From assembly GCA_051294905.1 (NCBI GenBank), contig CM119386.1, forward strand, positions 13,764,001-13,828,000: a DNA stretch of 64,000 nt. Reading direction: 5' to 3'. Position 1 is the stretch's first letter; each line of letters opens with the position of its first letter. Shown here piece by piece: positions 23,401 through 38,400 of the stretch. The notes beneath the pieces were generated by a model that saw nothing but the letters and a program-made list of their open reading frames with translations, was not told the origin of the DNA and did not search any database. Source of the DNA: Botryllus schlosseri. Lineage: Eukaryota. The translations under genes were made by a program, and so were the position numbers.

Positions 23401-26400
23401 AGTCATTTGTTGGCTAGTAGATATCGATTTTATCCAACCACTGAACAGAATGAACACAATTCGCATTTCAGGTTTTGACAAAATTGCCTTAATGATTTCT
23501 TTTAAACTTTTTATACTCTATCTTTTATACTCGCTAGTTGTTATATGTTATCCCTCATTTCTTTCCATTCAGTGTGTATGCCTCTTATTTACATCACCTA
23601 GGCCCAGTTGGTTGTCTGATTTCAAAGACTACTCCAAGTCGTTTTGACGCCTTCCTATCTTTTCATTGTATCGCATTCTTAAGTTGTTTTGGATCGATGA
23701 AATTTTTATTAAACTGATACTGATACTTTTGAAGAGCTTTTTGACAGTACAGAACTTCAATATACAATTATAGTATATTCATATTGAAATGAACCTGAAT
23801 ATTTTAAGCTGACACTCGTCAGGGTTAATTGTCAGTAAGTAGTATAGAATTGGAAAGAACATTGCTGATGATAACCCCTGACGAGTTTCAGCCGAAAATA
23901 TTTGTAGGCTTCTCATTATGAATATACTATTCAATGATACAGTCTTATTTTGTAATAATTCAGTATTACTCTCGCCACTACACCAGGTTTGCGTCATGCA
24001 TTAGTGAGTGGAGATCGATGGTTGGTGGGATTATACTAAAACTGAAAATGCAACTTGACTGGAATTGGGTGATTTTCCATTTTGTTACATTTCAGGAGCG
24101 AGTGTTCGTAATGTGCAAGCCTTCCAAGTGTTGGAACAAGTATTCATAAGGGGACGTACGGTGATCCTCTGCGCCGGGGCTCTCGAAGGCATTCTGAACG
24201 TGTATCGGCGCGACCCAGCTAATTACTTCATACTAGCGGCGCAGCAGACGATTTCGGCATTCGCCGAGCCCTTGCTTGAAAAGAAGAGTTTGATATTTCC
24301 GAAATTTTTCGCGTTACTCGAGTACGTGGCGTTGGAGCTGTCGTACGTGCCGAGCAAGGAGCTCGTGAGTCTGTCGCTCATTCTGAAGGACGACAGGTGG
24401 GGCGTCTCTCATCTTGGTGATATTCGATCGTTGAATTTCAATGGCCCGTGTAAATCAGAATTGCGAGTGATTCATTAGGCCAAATTAATTATTTCTGGGA
24501 TTCCAAATCTCCTTTAGCACAGGAGCCTGAAGTTGCGCGGACCTCCCATATTGAACTTGGTTTGAGATAATATTTGAGTGGCCTAACTGCAAAATTTGGG
24601 AAGGTGATTACCAAAACAATGAAAGTCATCCATTTCGACCAGTCCTAATCTTGGTTTGATGACCTCATTGCCCGGAGCCATTTGGATTGCAATTATTGGT
24701 GTTTGTGTGTTGTCTGTGTGGCTATTGAGACCTTATGTGAACGATGGAAATGAGACAAAACATGGACATAAGAACATAAGGATGGATCTTATGAGGGCCA
24801 TGTAGGCAGTTTTACAGTTGTATTTTAAACATTGGCATTTCATGGATTCATCCCTGAATTAAGTTTTTAATAGGGTAAGTTTTTGTTGCACTAAAATCGT
24901 GAGAAAGTTGCCCATAACTTTACCAAAAGTTGCAGTGCACGGTTGCATTTACAATTTTTTAGAATTATTAGGCTATGAGATACTCGAAAGGTTCCACTGC
25001 ATAATCCAACAGTCGAAGATATGCAGTCGGTCTGCTTGTTCGTTAGTTTCTTCGCCATTCAATCGATCATGCATACATTTTTATGTTCATTAGGTTTGGA
25101 ACCTACATGACAGCAGCTCCTGCAGAGCTTTCGAATTTGGTACTGCCAAAAATTAGATGTAGAATAAGTTTTCGCATAGCGATAGCCATAGAACAAGTCC
25201 AAAACCTGCCTGTGGGGTCTATAGTATGTCAATACACGCCGTAAAGGGAGAGTCCGACTTACGGAGGTTTTACAACAGTTTTGTGGAAATTATTATGATG
25301 TAAAATACATTTATTTTCGTGAACCATCGTGTGCAATTTGAGATCTCAGACCCTGTAAGCTACAGTAACTGATCTGTAGAAACATATCACATTGTCAAAA
25401 TTTGCTTTCCCGCTGTACCATCTCATGCAGGGCAATGCAAGAAGCCACTTTTCATACGTGTTAATTCTACAATGCATAATTTCTTTTGAACACTTGGACC
25501 AAACTATCTTACTAAGCTTAGAATACAATATATATTTCGTGCATAACCGCAATTTACATGTCTTGGTCGGGATATTTCTAGGATGGTGACCAACATTAAT
25601 GTATGACGGGTGCATTTTTTCGAGGCTCTCAATGTCAACTATATCTTTTCGTGGTCAGGTCTCCATGGTGCAGCGTAGCATGCGTCGAAAGCCTTCGGAA
25701 AATCCTGTGCAGCAACCCGCAGATGTACAGGGATGTGTACCGCGAGGTTGGCATCCTGGAGGTTCTCGTGACGTGCCTTCATAAGTATGTAACATACTGA
25801 TATTAGTATGAGTAGCATTATACGCTTTTTACGCTGGCCTTGCCGGGTAGATATGCGGCGATTCTCAAGAGCTCGGACGAATTGGAAGATAACAGATCGA
25901 AACTAGGCCGTCTGTGCATGGACGTCCTCGCGGAATTGGTTAGAAACTGCCCGGCTAACGCAAGTGAGTACGGTATTGATTTCTTAATATGCTTCATGTC
26001 ATCACCTACCACATTTGAAGTCAATTTTTATTGAAATTTCTCAGATTTAATATAGCGCGTCTCAAAGTGGACCGTATTGACCATGGGGGCCATTTTGCGA
26101 GACAAGGGTGCCGTGGGAGGCAAAACTGTATGATGGGTGTGACAGGGTCGAAAATTTGCCCAATTGACTGTTTGGTTTCTTCTTAAGATGTATTTACAAT
26201 CCATGTGAGGAAGATCAAATCAGGGAAAATTGCTGTGCATTACGCCAACGTAACTTTTTTATGAATTCGACATGTAGTCGAACACTTTTCGCTGGGCGTT
26301 ATCAAGTGTGTAAAAATCAGAATCGAAAAGCTGTTGAAGTAAAAGTAGCACACCATCCAAACATACTTGAGTGGAGAAAGTTGGGTACTGCTGAAAAGCA

Positions 26401-29400
26401 GATCTACTTTGTTACTGATGACCTCTAGCTTTCAGGAGACGATAAATTTATGCCGGCCTAGATTAGAACAGGGTGTAACCAATTCGCAAGGTTCCGAGTC
26501 GCAAGTCAATTTTACTCTCATAGCTTTGACTTGAGTAAAGTCGAGTCATTTTTACTTCACCACCGTGTCAAGTCCGATCCAAGTCAGGGAGATATGGGTT
26601 GAGTCTGAGTCATAATGGTCATTGTTCATTATTGAAATCAAGACGGGCTCAGCACACCTCTGTGAGCCTAAAATGTTTAGAAGCCACCGATTTATTAAAT
26701 ATATTCTTTGTCGATCGTAGATGTTTTTCGAGAGACTGGCGGGGCACGGTGCGCCCACAATCTGGTCCCGCGCTCGGAAAGCCGCCCCAAAGCGTTGACC
26801 ATCATCGAAGCGCTAATACTGAAGCCCCACGGGTCATCGTCCGACGACGACGACATGGGCACGCTCTTGGGTCTGTTGAGCACGGTGCATCCGAAAGACC
26901 TGACTCTGAAAAGGGATATTTTGAAATCCCTGGTGAAGGTACGCTTTTCCCCCTTACTTACCAATGGTAGTATGTAAGGACAGACAGTTCCAATCAGGAA
27001 CTGTAACTACAATTTCAACTTATTCGGCAGTAATGCGTAATTTAGCTACCAAAGTTCTTTGTGTGTCAAAATTGTGTCAAGATGAAGCTTTTGAATGTAA
27101 AAAATGTGGAAGTATTCAGTTTTTGAGTCAGGATTTTTCATGTTTTAGATGTAAAAAATTACCCTACCTGGGACTGAAACATGGTATAAATGTGTCAAAA
27201 TTAATTCTTTGCCTATCAAAAATGTTAAAATTCTCAATTTCACGGTATTTAGTTAAAAAATGATCGCCCTACTTATGACTAAACAAATGGTCATCATTTT
27301 CGCACAGTCCTAATCACCGCCACTGATCCAGTTCGGGCCTAAAAAGCTACCTATTACCTGAAAATGGGTCATCAATTTTGCTCAGACTTTGTCAAGGCCA
27401 GATTATCAGTTCGGAGTGCAATAATTAGTGTTTGTATTATCCCAGTGGGCTGTGTTGATAACTGAAAATAACATAAAGTAAGGATAAGTGAGGCACAAAT
27501 AAGGACAGATTTTTTAAGTATGGACAATGTAGTTTTTTAGTTGTACTTTCAACATTGGCCTTTCATGGACCCCTTAAAACTAGTCCACGGACCCCAAGAG
27601 ATCCATGCATCCCAGTTTAGCCTGTGCTAACTGGAGGACCTCTATTTTTGTATGTCGAAAAAAGGTTATCGAACAAAGCAGAGACGCGCGAGCCATGTTT
27701 CGTAAAGTTGGCGGCTTCATCAATGTGATATCGGCGCTGGTTTCTATTGAAGGTGAGTGCGTTATTAGCTATGGTCAGTCACGTGCAATTCTCAATATCT
27801 TACCTCGGTATGGATTGAAATGATTTCCGTCAGGTATAAGATATTTGTTTTTCTCGAGTGCCGTAAGTGAATGAAAAACTTATTGTCAGTCGATTATATT
27901 TGTCGCTGTGCAGCGCATGTAACACATATACATTGCAGGATGCTTGGAATATCCGTCTGTCGGTCTCTGGGCGGCCTTGGAATTTGGCGACGTGCTGAAG
28001 TTGTTGGAAGTTATCATTCATACTCTATGCGTCGCGCTCAGACTCCCATCAAATAAGAGATTTTTCCACTCTGAGGTGCGTAGTAATGCTTTATGGAACG
28101 TTGAACACGTGGAGTGTGAAAAAACGTGTGAAAAATACTCATCCTCACTACCAGGGACACTGTCCTTACAATCCTCTCTGATAGAGTTACGTGGTAGCTA
28201 GTGCTGGGCAACATCTAGTACATGACATATTCTGAATCGAGTATTGGGCTTCATCCTGATCTGTGCAGTTACGCCCCTAATTTATGTTGCGTTTGCTTCC
28301 AGGTTAGGTTTGAAAGCTTACGGAGCGCCGTGCTGCACCTCGGCTGCTTTGCCGACGAGAATAACATGGAAAAGACGCATTCCGTGACCTCCGAACCCTC
28401 GTCTCTTGCTGCGTCCGAATCCACGGTTTCGGTGTCAGACCCACCCGTTTTGGAGATACCATTGGCCGCCGTCAACCCGTTGGTCTTGTTGAATTCTGAT
28501 AAAAAATGGGACACGACATCGGTCAGCGTCGTGGCAGTGTTTCGTTTCTTGTACCTTCTTGCCATCGATTCCTTCCCGGACGACTCTAAAAAGGGAACGC
28601 TTCGAGACAGCAAGTGTGTATTGCTAGAGAAATTCTATTTAGTATGATCCAGGGGTTCTCATCCGGCTGTCTGTGTCAAGTTTCCGAATATACTACCGTT
28701 TTATATCTCAATTACGAGATGCGTAATGTTGGACGCTTGTATGTTAATTTGAGAAAGGAAATCTCCAATTGTAAATTGATGAAGATATTTAGAATATATT
28801 TTTCTATGGGATCTCGTAATATAGACTACTTTGGTCTACTTTGGATTTGGCGTCATCATAACTCACAATACAGCAAGTGTTGTACGAAACTGTTTAAAAT
28901 TATCTTTCAACTTGGCTCATAACTTGAGACCATTTGTATAGTTAAACGTTGAATTTTCACAGTAGAATTTCCACAGTAGGCTACGATTTAGAGACATTTG
29001 GCAGTGTAATTAAGGCTGGCAAACCGCAAGGTCGCATTCCTTTCGAAAGAAATCCAGCAATGAAAATCAAGTTGGTGGTTTTTAAAATGACTCCGTCTTG
29101 GCAAACACTTCAATAGTATCAATTGTAACAGTTGTGATATCACGAAGGCACTATTTAATGAAGTTCACAATATTTGCTCTCCAGTCGCATACGTTTGCTG
29201 TAATTAGATTTATGGTTCATGTTTATTTATTAAGATTCACAGATCTGCAAAATTTGTTTTGTAATTCTACCGTGCTTGTAACCAAGTCACAAGGCTCCGA
29301 GTCACAAGTCAATCTCACTTTTTTAGTTTTGACTCTAGTCAAGTCGAGTCATTTTCAATTCACCACCGAGTCAAGTTCGAGTCCAAGTCATCGAGCAGAG

Positions 29401-32400
29401 GTTCGAGTCCGAGTCATAGTGTTGTGACTCGACTCCGAGTCCAAGTCATTGTGATGACTTCTCAGTTACCAGTTAAAGTCTTGTTAAACCCACTGTTATA
29501 ATTCTACTTGGTGATATCGCATGGTTCGCATTCATAATATACTAATTTTCCTCACTTTTAACAGTTTCTGGTCGCATTTTCAAGTATCAGTACCAATAGA
29601 CAAAATCCCAATAGGTGTCGGTCTTGGTCGTCCGAGTCTCGAGTCATATGACTTGGTTCGAGTCATGCGCAATGACTCTAGTCCAAGTTGAGTCAATACA
29701 CATTAGGGCTGTTCAAAAATAACTTTTTTTCCTGAATCTTGCGGGTTACTTGATTAAATCGTTAGGTTGCCTTAAAAAATGACGCACACCAAATTTGAAT
29801 TCATTCCAACCAATATTCGCGGATTTCGTAGAGTTTGAAAATTTTGAATTTGCCTAAAAATGCAAAAAAAAACTTTTTTCCAATTTTCCTTCCAACCTTA
29901 TGAAATTGTTGCGCTGTCTTCAAAAATGATGCAAAACAAATTTGACTCAATTCGAAGTCGTAGAAGTGGAGTTATTTCAGTTTTTCTTTGATAATTCTGG
30001 GATTATCCTTGATTGGTGGATCATCCCAGAATTATCAAAGAAAAACTTGAATAACTCGGCTTCTGCAGCTTGGAATTGAGTCAAATTTGTTTTGCATCGT
30101 TTTTGAAGACAGCGCAACAATTTCATAAGGTTGGAAGGAAAATTGGAAAAAAATTTTTTTGCATTTTTAGGCAAATTCAAAATTTTCAAACTCTACGAAA
30201 TCCGCGAATATTGGTTGGAATGAATTCAAATTTGGTGTGCGTCATTTTTTAAGGCAACCTAACGATTTAATCAAGTAACCCGCAAGATTCAGGAAAAAAG
30301 GTTATTTTTGAACAGCCCTAATACACATATTGACTCGAGTAGAGTCATTACCATATTTTGAAAAAATAACTCGAGTCAAATCGAGTCATCAGAAAATCGT
30401 GACTCGAGTCGTTACAACCCTGAATTCTACTTGGTCCGCAAGCTCAAAAAGGTTAAAAGTATTGGGTTAGTGCATTCGTGTGTTTGTGATAGTTGATCTT
30501 ATCTAGCCGATGTATATTATGGTAATGGGTATTCCCTGCTGCGACATGTAGAGACTAATTTACCAGACTGTTCTTACTTCTTAGTTTCGATGTGCAAATG
30601 CATATTACATGTGATGTCATATGGTTATCTGTTGTGGTGTGCAGCCAAACGCCTGTTAACTGTTTTAGATTTAAAGTACAGTTTTATTTTCAGTCAATCC
30701 GATCATTCTCCATCGCACAGACACGTTCCGCGCTGCTACCATTCTCTTGTCGTTAACATCATGGTGCAACTCATACCTGCGATTCCGAATTACTCCAGAC
30801 AGGTACGGCGTTGGTCGCTTTGGTTGCTGTGTTTGAATCTAATGAAACTAACGGAGTCAATCAACATGGGATCATTGGTTAACTAATTAACGTAGGGATC
30901 AGTATAAAACATTAATTAACTTGGGAACACAATAAAACTAATTAGCCCCTTCCTGATTCTGGCTTAGAAAAGCGTGGATTAGGCTTTAACTTAAGTAAAT
31001 TTAGATATTCAAATACAAATCCGAATTTTTGAATCCTGATTCCAATAGTCAAGTTCAGATTTGGTTACACAAACTCCAAAAACATGATACTCCTAGTGAA
31101 AAATAAGGGAACTAATGAACGTACTGATATAAACTGAACTTTATCTTTATTGTAGTTCTTTTTAATTCAGTAATACTAATTCTAACCTTATTTTGAAATA
31201 TAAGTGTGTGGTTGTAATTCTAATTCTGATCTAGTCTGGAAAAGCTGAAAATTTTCTAGCTGGCCAGCTATGCATCTGACCAGGGTGTTCGCACTTTCAG
31301 ATGCAAATCGATCTCCAGCATTACATGCTGGAACAGATCAACGGCCTTCTGGAATCGGAACGTAACGAACAGATCCTTTGCAAGAGCGGACTGCTGTCGA
31401 CGCTGTTGCGAACGTACTCGGACGTGCTGTCACACGAAGCCCATCCGCTCAACGCAATCGTGCAGAGGGTCATGGAGAGATTGGCGACGCAGACCATCGC
31501 GCCTGCGGAATTAAGGTCGGTCGTGCGGGAAGTAGTAATGTGTCGTTGTCTCAGAAATGGTTACAATTGAATTTGGTACTTGGTGAACCCAAATCCTAAC
31601 TGTTTCTTTGCCTTCACTCTAACCGTGACTTAAACCTTAATCCCAACGTGAGCAATATCGCCCCCCAGTGGCCGATTTTGAGAAGCAAGGGCCGAAAATG
31701 TTTGAATGTTTGAATGTTTGAGATATATTTAATTAACATGATTATAAAATGCATGTGAAGCAGGCTTATTCGGCATATGACGCGAAAAAAAAGGTCACCT
31801 CAACTTTAAGTAAACGCGGAAACCAGTTTTCCGAGCGCTCACCACCTCGAAAAAATGGCATTTTTTTAGTAAATTCACCACCGACCAGAGTTAGGTGGAT
31901 AAACTTCCCGATTATGCGTCCTCTTTTTCGTATTCGTAAGTACGAGGGGCGAAAATTTGTGTCGAGATCGATAGGGGGGAAAAAGGTTGGGAACCACCGC
32001 TTAATCCATAACCATAACTGCTATACTAACCCTAAGCCCTAACTTGAACACTTACTTACTCTGTTACAAGCATAAGTAGCGATTTCCGAGTAGGTAAGGA
32101 CATGGAATTTCTAAGAATTTTTATTTTCTTGGAATTGGATTTGAAGACATTAAATTTGCTCATCCCTGTCGTTCTGTCATCAGTCAATTTTATCTGTTTG
32201 GCTGTAACTTTTGTTCGCCCATGCCTTTGAATTTCCTACGTTATGATCTTGGTCCTTGGATCTTTAGTCAGTGATTTTATACATTTGCACCAACTGTACT
32301 CTGGCAGCCTTTCAAGTAGCACATGTTGTTTTCCCACGTAGAAACTCGTTGATATGAAACGGTTTCACGCGCGCCATTGGCTTTTTAGGGAATTTTTACG

Positions 32401-35400
32401 AATCGGCGACCCGCTGCACTGTCGTGACGCCTTCATTCGCGGCGCCCCGGTAAGCTTGTCGCGGGTAAAGAATTTGGTGTCGATGGCGACCCCGAGGAAC
32501 ATGTCGTTCCAAGACGACGCCACCAGCTATTTCAGAATGCCGGAATTTTTGGAATTTGACATGGTGCAACAGGTACGCGGTAGTGCTGTGTCATACTTTT
32601 TCAAAGTACGCCGGTAGGTTTACCGTCTTTCAATACCAGCTCAATCATATTTATAGACTACTTCCACTTCCAGTAGGCTGTTTTTAACCAAATATACTTA
32701 ATTTTTACAATTTTGATTTTAAAAAGTTGTCAGTTGTTTGGGGTTGTCATGTGGGATGAGCCCCTGTGTGGTGGCCATTACATATATTTTCAAAGGCTCT
32801 ACCTGTTTCTGGTGTCATTTTGCGTTCGTTACAAATATACACACACCCTTCTATTTCATAAGTACTGTGAACTGTGCATAAACAACAGTGTTGGAAGAGC
32901 AAAACCATTAAAATAAAATTTTCACACTAAACAAAAAGATTTTTATGAATATTTAATACAAGCCATTGTCGCTTCTGTATGAGTATGGACTGTGTGCGTT
33001 GACCCCGGCCAAAACCCCGAGTCTAGCACGGCGAAACCCGTTTAGAGCCACTGGTCGATTGACCTTTATTTGATCATTTTGACGTGCCTTGCAGGGGTGC
33101 AGCTATCTGTTTATCCCCAGCCTTTTCCCGCAAATCACATCAAACGCTCCCAGCGCAGGGCAAACTGAAACCGCCAACGTATCGGGTATAGGAAGCGGAG
33201 GTAAGAATGTAAATTTACAAATGTGATTTCACGCGGCTCAAATTACTTTTTGCCGCCATTTTCGAGTTGCTCAACAGCCGACATGAGTCATTTTAAACAG
33301 GACTACAAGTGCTTTGCTATTACATCACTGATTGTTTCAGTGCTGGAAGCCCTCCCGTGGTGAAATGATTCATTAACTTAACACAGTGGTAATAATAAGG
33401 CATTACATCATGGCTTGGTACCTGTGCTGTAATTTTTCCGTTGGTTGCGTTGTGGTTTCGCGGAACCGGACTGGTGCTTGTCCTGTGTGGAGGTGGTTTG
33501 CGTCAATTCGCGGCGCGGTAGGTGTTTGATGCGTGTGGAACAATGTTAGGATGTAATCGCGATTTGTTTACATGTTATGATGCCGGCGTTTGCGCTTCTC
33601 GTGTTTCTTGAGATTACGTATGCCGACCGGCGCATACGTATTTCGGACAATACTCCTGGTTTGCTATTGTTCTTTTGTTGATGTGAACATGTACTGGGTT
33701 GGGAAGTATTAGATCACCATTTTCGACTCAGTATAGAGACCCTGAAAGCAAAATTGTAGAAATTGTGTTTTGCGTCTTTTTTCTACCAGTATGTTTATTT
33801 TGTTTGTATAACTTTGTGACTTGGAAAAAAGTTATTACTGTCTGCGAATAGCAGATGAGGTAATGTCATTTTAAAGTTTTTCCCTTCTAGGGCTGCGGTC
33901 TGTATCCTTTACTTACTAACCTGGTGAACCCTTACACTAATCAGCAACCCTTCAGCCAACCACTAAAACAAAAATGTACCGCATTACACATCTAACATGT
34001 TACTACAGAATACTGGTGCACATAATGAACTGTTCATCAACAGCGCCACATGAAGATTATAATATAATGAATATTTACAGCGAGTCTGTGTGATTTCTGC
34101 TGTGTGAGTTGCCTGGCGTGTCTTGACCTCTGCTGAACCCCTGAGACTAGATCAGCGAACCCCTGGATTTCGTGTTAAACCACTGTTTTATCCTAAAAAA
34201 CTGCTTTTCTATGTGTCTTATTTGACACTTTTTAATTCCTTACCCCAGGTGTTACTGTTGTTTCTATTAAACTCCAATATCCATCTAGATAACAGTATTG
34301 ATTATTTACTGGATGCTTAAAACAAAGCGCTTTTAAATCTATGGTGGCTATGAGTAAAATATGGCTATCTGTTTCGCAATCTAAATTCTGGAAGGAATTT
34401 GATCACGTCGACATTGAGGCAAGCTCGCCTTGATCTGGATTGTGGTAAGCCTAGTCATTAAGACTATTATTCGGCTTAATAGGGTTGCGGAGAGGTCGGT
34501 ATGCGGGCATTGTTTGATGGATGAGATGGCAGGGTGTGAATCTGTTTTCAAGCTATTCATAGATGGGACTTAATGAGATTCCCGTCAGCAATATTTACAC
34601 TTGATTACTGTGGGCAGTCGTTCGTTTATGGGATAGTTTAGTGTGAGACCAGCAAAAATTCCATCACAAGTCCTACTTAGGGAATGGAGGACAAGATTAG
34701 AAGTAATTTGCGTCTACGAGAAAGGATGGTTTTGTGCTATCACCCGTTTGACGTGCCTACAATGACGTAGACGGTATTGTATTACTTTCGGCAGCTAACT
34801 CTTTTGAACTCTGTTGTCTCTTTGTGAAAATTGACATGGTGATTAAGTGTAGCTTATCTGGTTAAGGTATCGTAAATAAACTGTGGATGTGTATATATTG
34901 GATGAGTGTTGAGGGGTGGTAGTCAGTCTTTAATGACTGGGGAAGTGTGAATACAGTCTGATAGCTTTACACAAGCTGTGTTTGAAACAAACTGGCAATG
35001 TGAAGTGAAGAATCAAGCCAGCAGCGCTGAGGATATATCTACAGGTAATGTGAATGATTTGTGTGTTTCCTTGCAGTGCGTTTATTCTTTTACTTCGTTT
35101 TGCAGTTCATATGAACTATTGATGACAAATTGATACCAGCATCAATGGACCTGTGAGGATACTTGGCATCCTTGATATGCAGAGAAACTGGACGACCCCA
35201 ATATAAGGGGATATGTGGAGGATGCAGCCTTTTTACAGGGAGACTTATGATTGACGACCTCAAAACGGTCATTCTTGCCCCAACACTCGGTGGTTGCTAG
35301 AGTTAATTGTATTTGCCTTGAGTATTTTTTGAGTACCAAGCATATCATGAAATGACCTTGGTGTTTTTGATTCCGGCTTCCGGGAACCATGCACCTATTC

Positions 35401-38400
35401 GACTGAAGTTGTGAAGCTGCAACTTGACTTATTCCCCGTTTGGAGACCTAAAGTTTAAGGAACTCCTAATGACTCGTTTGTATTGTAAGATATTTATATT
35501 TTGGACGCCCGACAGTCATCTGGTAATGCAGAAATGTTTGCTCGGATGGAATCACCTTAGACTTAATTTCTTTTCATATATTCTTGAAATGAATGGACCG
35601 TGATGCTGTTAGAACCTTTTGCCACATAATTTGAGGCTAAAGCTGATAAGCTTCTACCTGACTCGGTCCCCGATTGGGGACCTAAAGCTTAATGGACTGT
35701 TTGATAACTTCTATTGCAAACAATTTGAATTTTGCACGACTACATCTGGGTTACACAGAAATTTTGTAGGATAAAATTATTTGACGATGCATTTTCTGTA
35801 TGAAATGCTGCGATCTGTACATAGGGACACGTACAATGCTGCTATGATTCGATATCATTACCTTTTCTTAGTGACAAGAATCAGTAGTACTGATATTTAG
35901 CTGCGTTTAGACATGTTATTCCTTGGGTGCATTCAATATTTGCGATGACAAGCGATTTTCGTGCATTTCTTTACTATTGGCTTGAAGACATGGTTGCTGA
36001 AAGTATCAAGCTAGATTTTGTTGCTAATACGCACACCTCAAATACATATGTTCACTTACTGCTCTTTGTCGATACTAATTTGTGACAATTTCTTATTAAA
36101 ATGTTGAAGAAAAATATTGTCTTGAGTTCTTGTTCCGTTGAATAATAAATAGATTTTCCCTGTTGAGTCTCACCCGCTGTGGATTGGAATAGTTTTGTTA
36201 ATAGTAACATGGCGACAGCAAACTTTTGCTCATTTACATGCATTGTGTCAAACATAAGAATGGCCAGCGTATGGCCGAAAAAAAGAAGAAAAGAATCTTA
36301 CAAAAACTGGACGTTCCCAAAATGCTAAAAATCGGCACCAGCTTCTCTGATTCCACTGCAACGGTATATACATGTAATATGTGTTAATTCGCCATTGACA
36401 AGTCCCAGATTTTACACGTCTTTGAAAAGCTGTGGGACTCATGTTCAGGTCACTGACTATATACCTGTAAATTTAGCCCCAATTTGTGATATCACCACGA
36501 TGATGCTATTGGTTATGCCACAAGTTCGCCGTTGCAGAATCTGTAAAACTACAATGTCATCACATAGGGTTCACCTCATCCCGAAACTATTGCTTTTTGC
36601 TGATGCGAGTGTGAATAATTGACTGAAATACTCTCACAAGTTGAGTTTTCACAAAAAATCAACAGAAAAATTTTCTCTCAATGAGTTTTTTTAAAAACTC
36701 ATGAACTAGCTATGTAGCCAAATATGCATATTAATTTTATTGACTATACAACTGCCTGTGACGAAATCACTAAATTTAACATTAATATTGACTTAGCATT
36801 GATTTAATTGCTTAAGGGCTTAAGGGGCTTCAGGGGTGGGCAGACCTTCGTCATGCGCAAGTCATTTATCAAAAATCTTGTGACTAAAAGAGCCACAACA
36901 CAAAAATTAAAACACACGAATCTATTCCATCGCAATCTAATGTAGGCTATCTAATGCAGTATATTATTGTGTGGTCTGCATGCATGGGGATTGATGATAC
37001 GGCGCGTCTTCACTTGAGTGGTAAGGTATTTGAAATAAGGCTGATATGACGTCAGGGCAGTGAGGTACAGCTTCTTCAAGTGCTGCTGAACCTTTAAGGA
37101 AGATTTCTGCTCTGTAATCTTATTATTCTGTAAATCTGTAACTCGTGGCAAAGTTTTGGTGTTTTGTTTCGTGATGACGTTTCAAGCTATGTAATTATTT
37201 AGCTAATTTTGACAGATAAGGCAAAGTGGCTTACCTCCATTATGGCTGAATGCAAACTGTTCCTTCCATTCTCTTTCTAAAGTTCTGTTTTCCTGTTCAT
37301 AGTTTCTCTTGCAACAACATTTTCTTGATCAAACTCTACAGTTATTGCTAGGCTTTACAATACCGGTGGAAGAGCCGTATTCATCATTGTTTGCCCGGAG
37401 ATGATCGTTACCTGTACTTCTGTGATTAATTATAAAGTTCATCGTTGAACACAGTGATTTATCATAGATTGATGACTAACTGACCATATACCATTGTTCC
37501 GAGAGAAACGTTTAAGTGAACTCGACTCGAGAGTTCAATTGTGAAGTTCTAACCCAGTAGTTCCACCGTCCTCTAAATTTTACAAGTATTGTGTGAACCA
37601 TAAGGAGAGAAACGCAAAAATAACACACAATTTGTCAATACGCGATAGAATGCATCTACCGTATCTATAATCGGGTTAAACTTCTGTAGCAAAATGACAA
37701 AAGCACATTTGCAATCATTGAATTTTTCGTTGATAGTTCTCGGATTATCCTTGATAGGTGGATAATCTGAGGATTATCAACGAAAAATTCCGACAACTCC
37801 ACTTCTACTAGTCCGAATTGAGTCAAATTTTTTTGCATCGTCTCCAAAGACAGCTCAACAATTTCATGGGGTTGACAGAAAAATTTAAAAAAATGTTTGT
37901 AAAATTTTTCTGTATAAATTAAAAATATTAATTGGATCTGCGGATCCCTATACTTGTTAGAATTGAATCAAATTTGGTATGCAGCGATTTTTGGGGTAAC
38001 CCGACAATTCAATGACTGAATGGCTGGAATCTAAAAAAAAAGTTATTTTGGAACAGCCTTAATGTACAGGGAATTTCTCGGCATGCATTATTAAGCAAGC
38101 ATTACGCCAAGAATTGTGATAATGGGAACACTAATTTAATCATTTTGTTGAACATAACCCACCACTAAACCATTCCTGCAATTGTGTTCTAGGGGAGAGA
38201 ACGTTTCCACCGCCAGCCGGATTGACAGTGTCATCTTGGATTTACATTGACAAATTTTGTTCGAAAAATCTCCATCCAATCAGAATTCTTACCGTGACTA
38301 GAGAGGTATACGATTCGCTGAGATATTCAAATGCCTACATACTCTTGTGCTCTTTGCTAGGCTACTGTTGATACTGGAAGTAACCCAAGTGGCCCATTGC

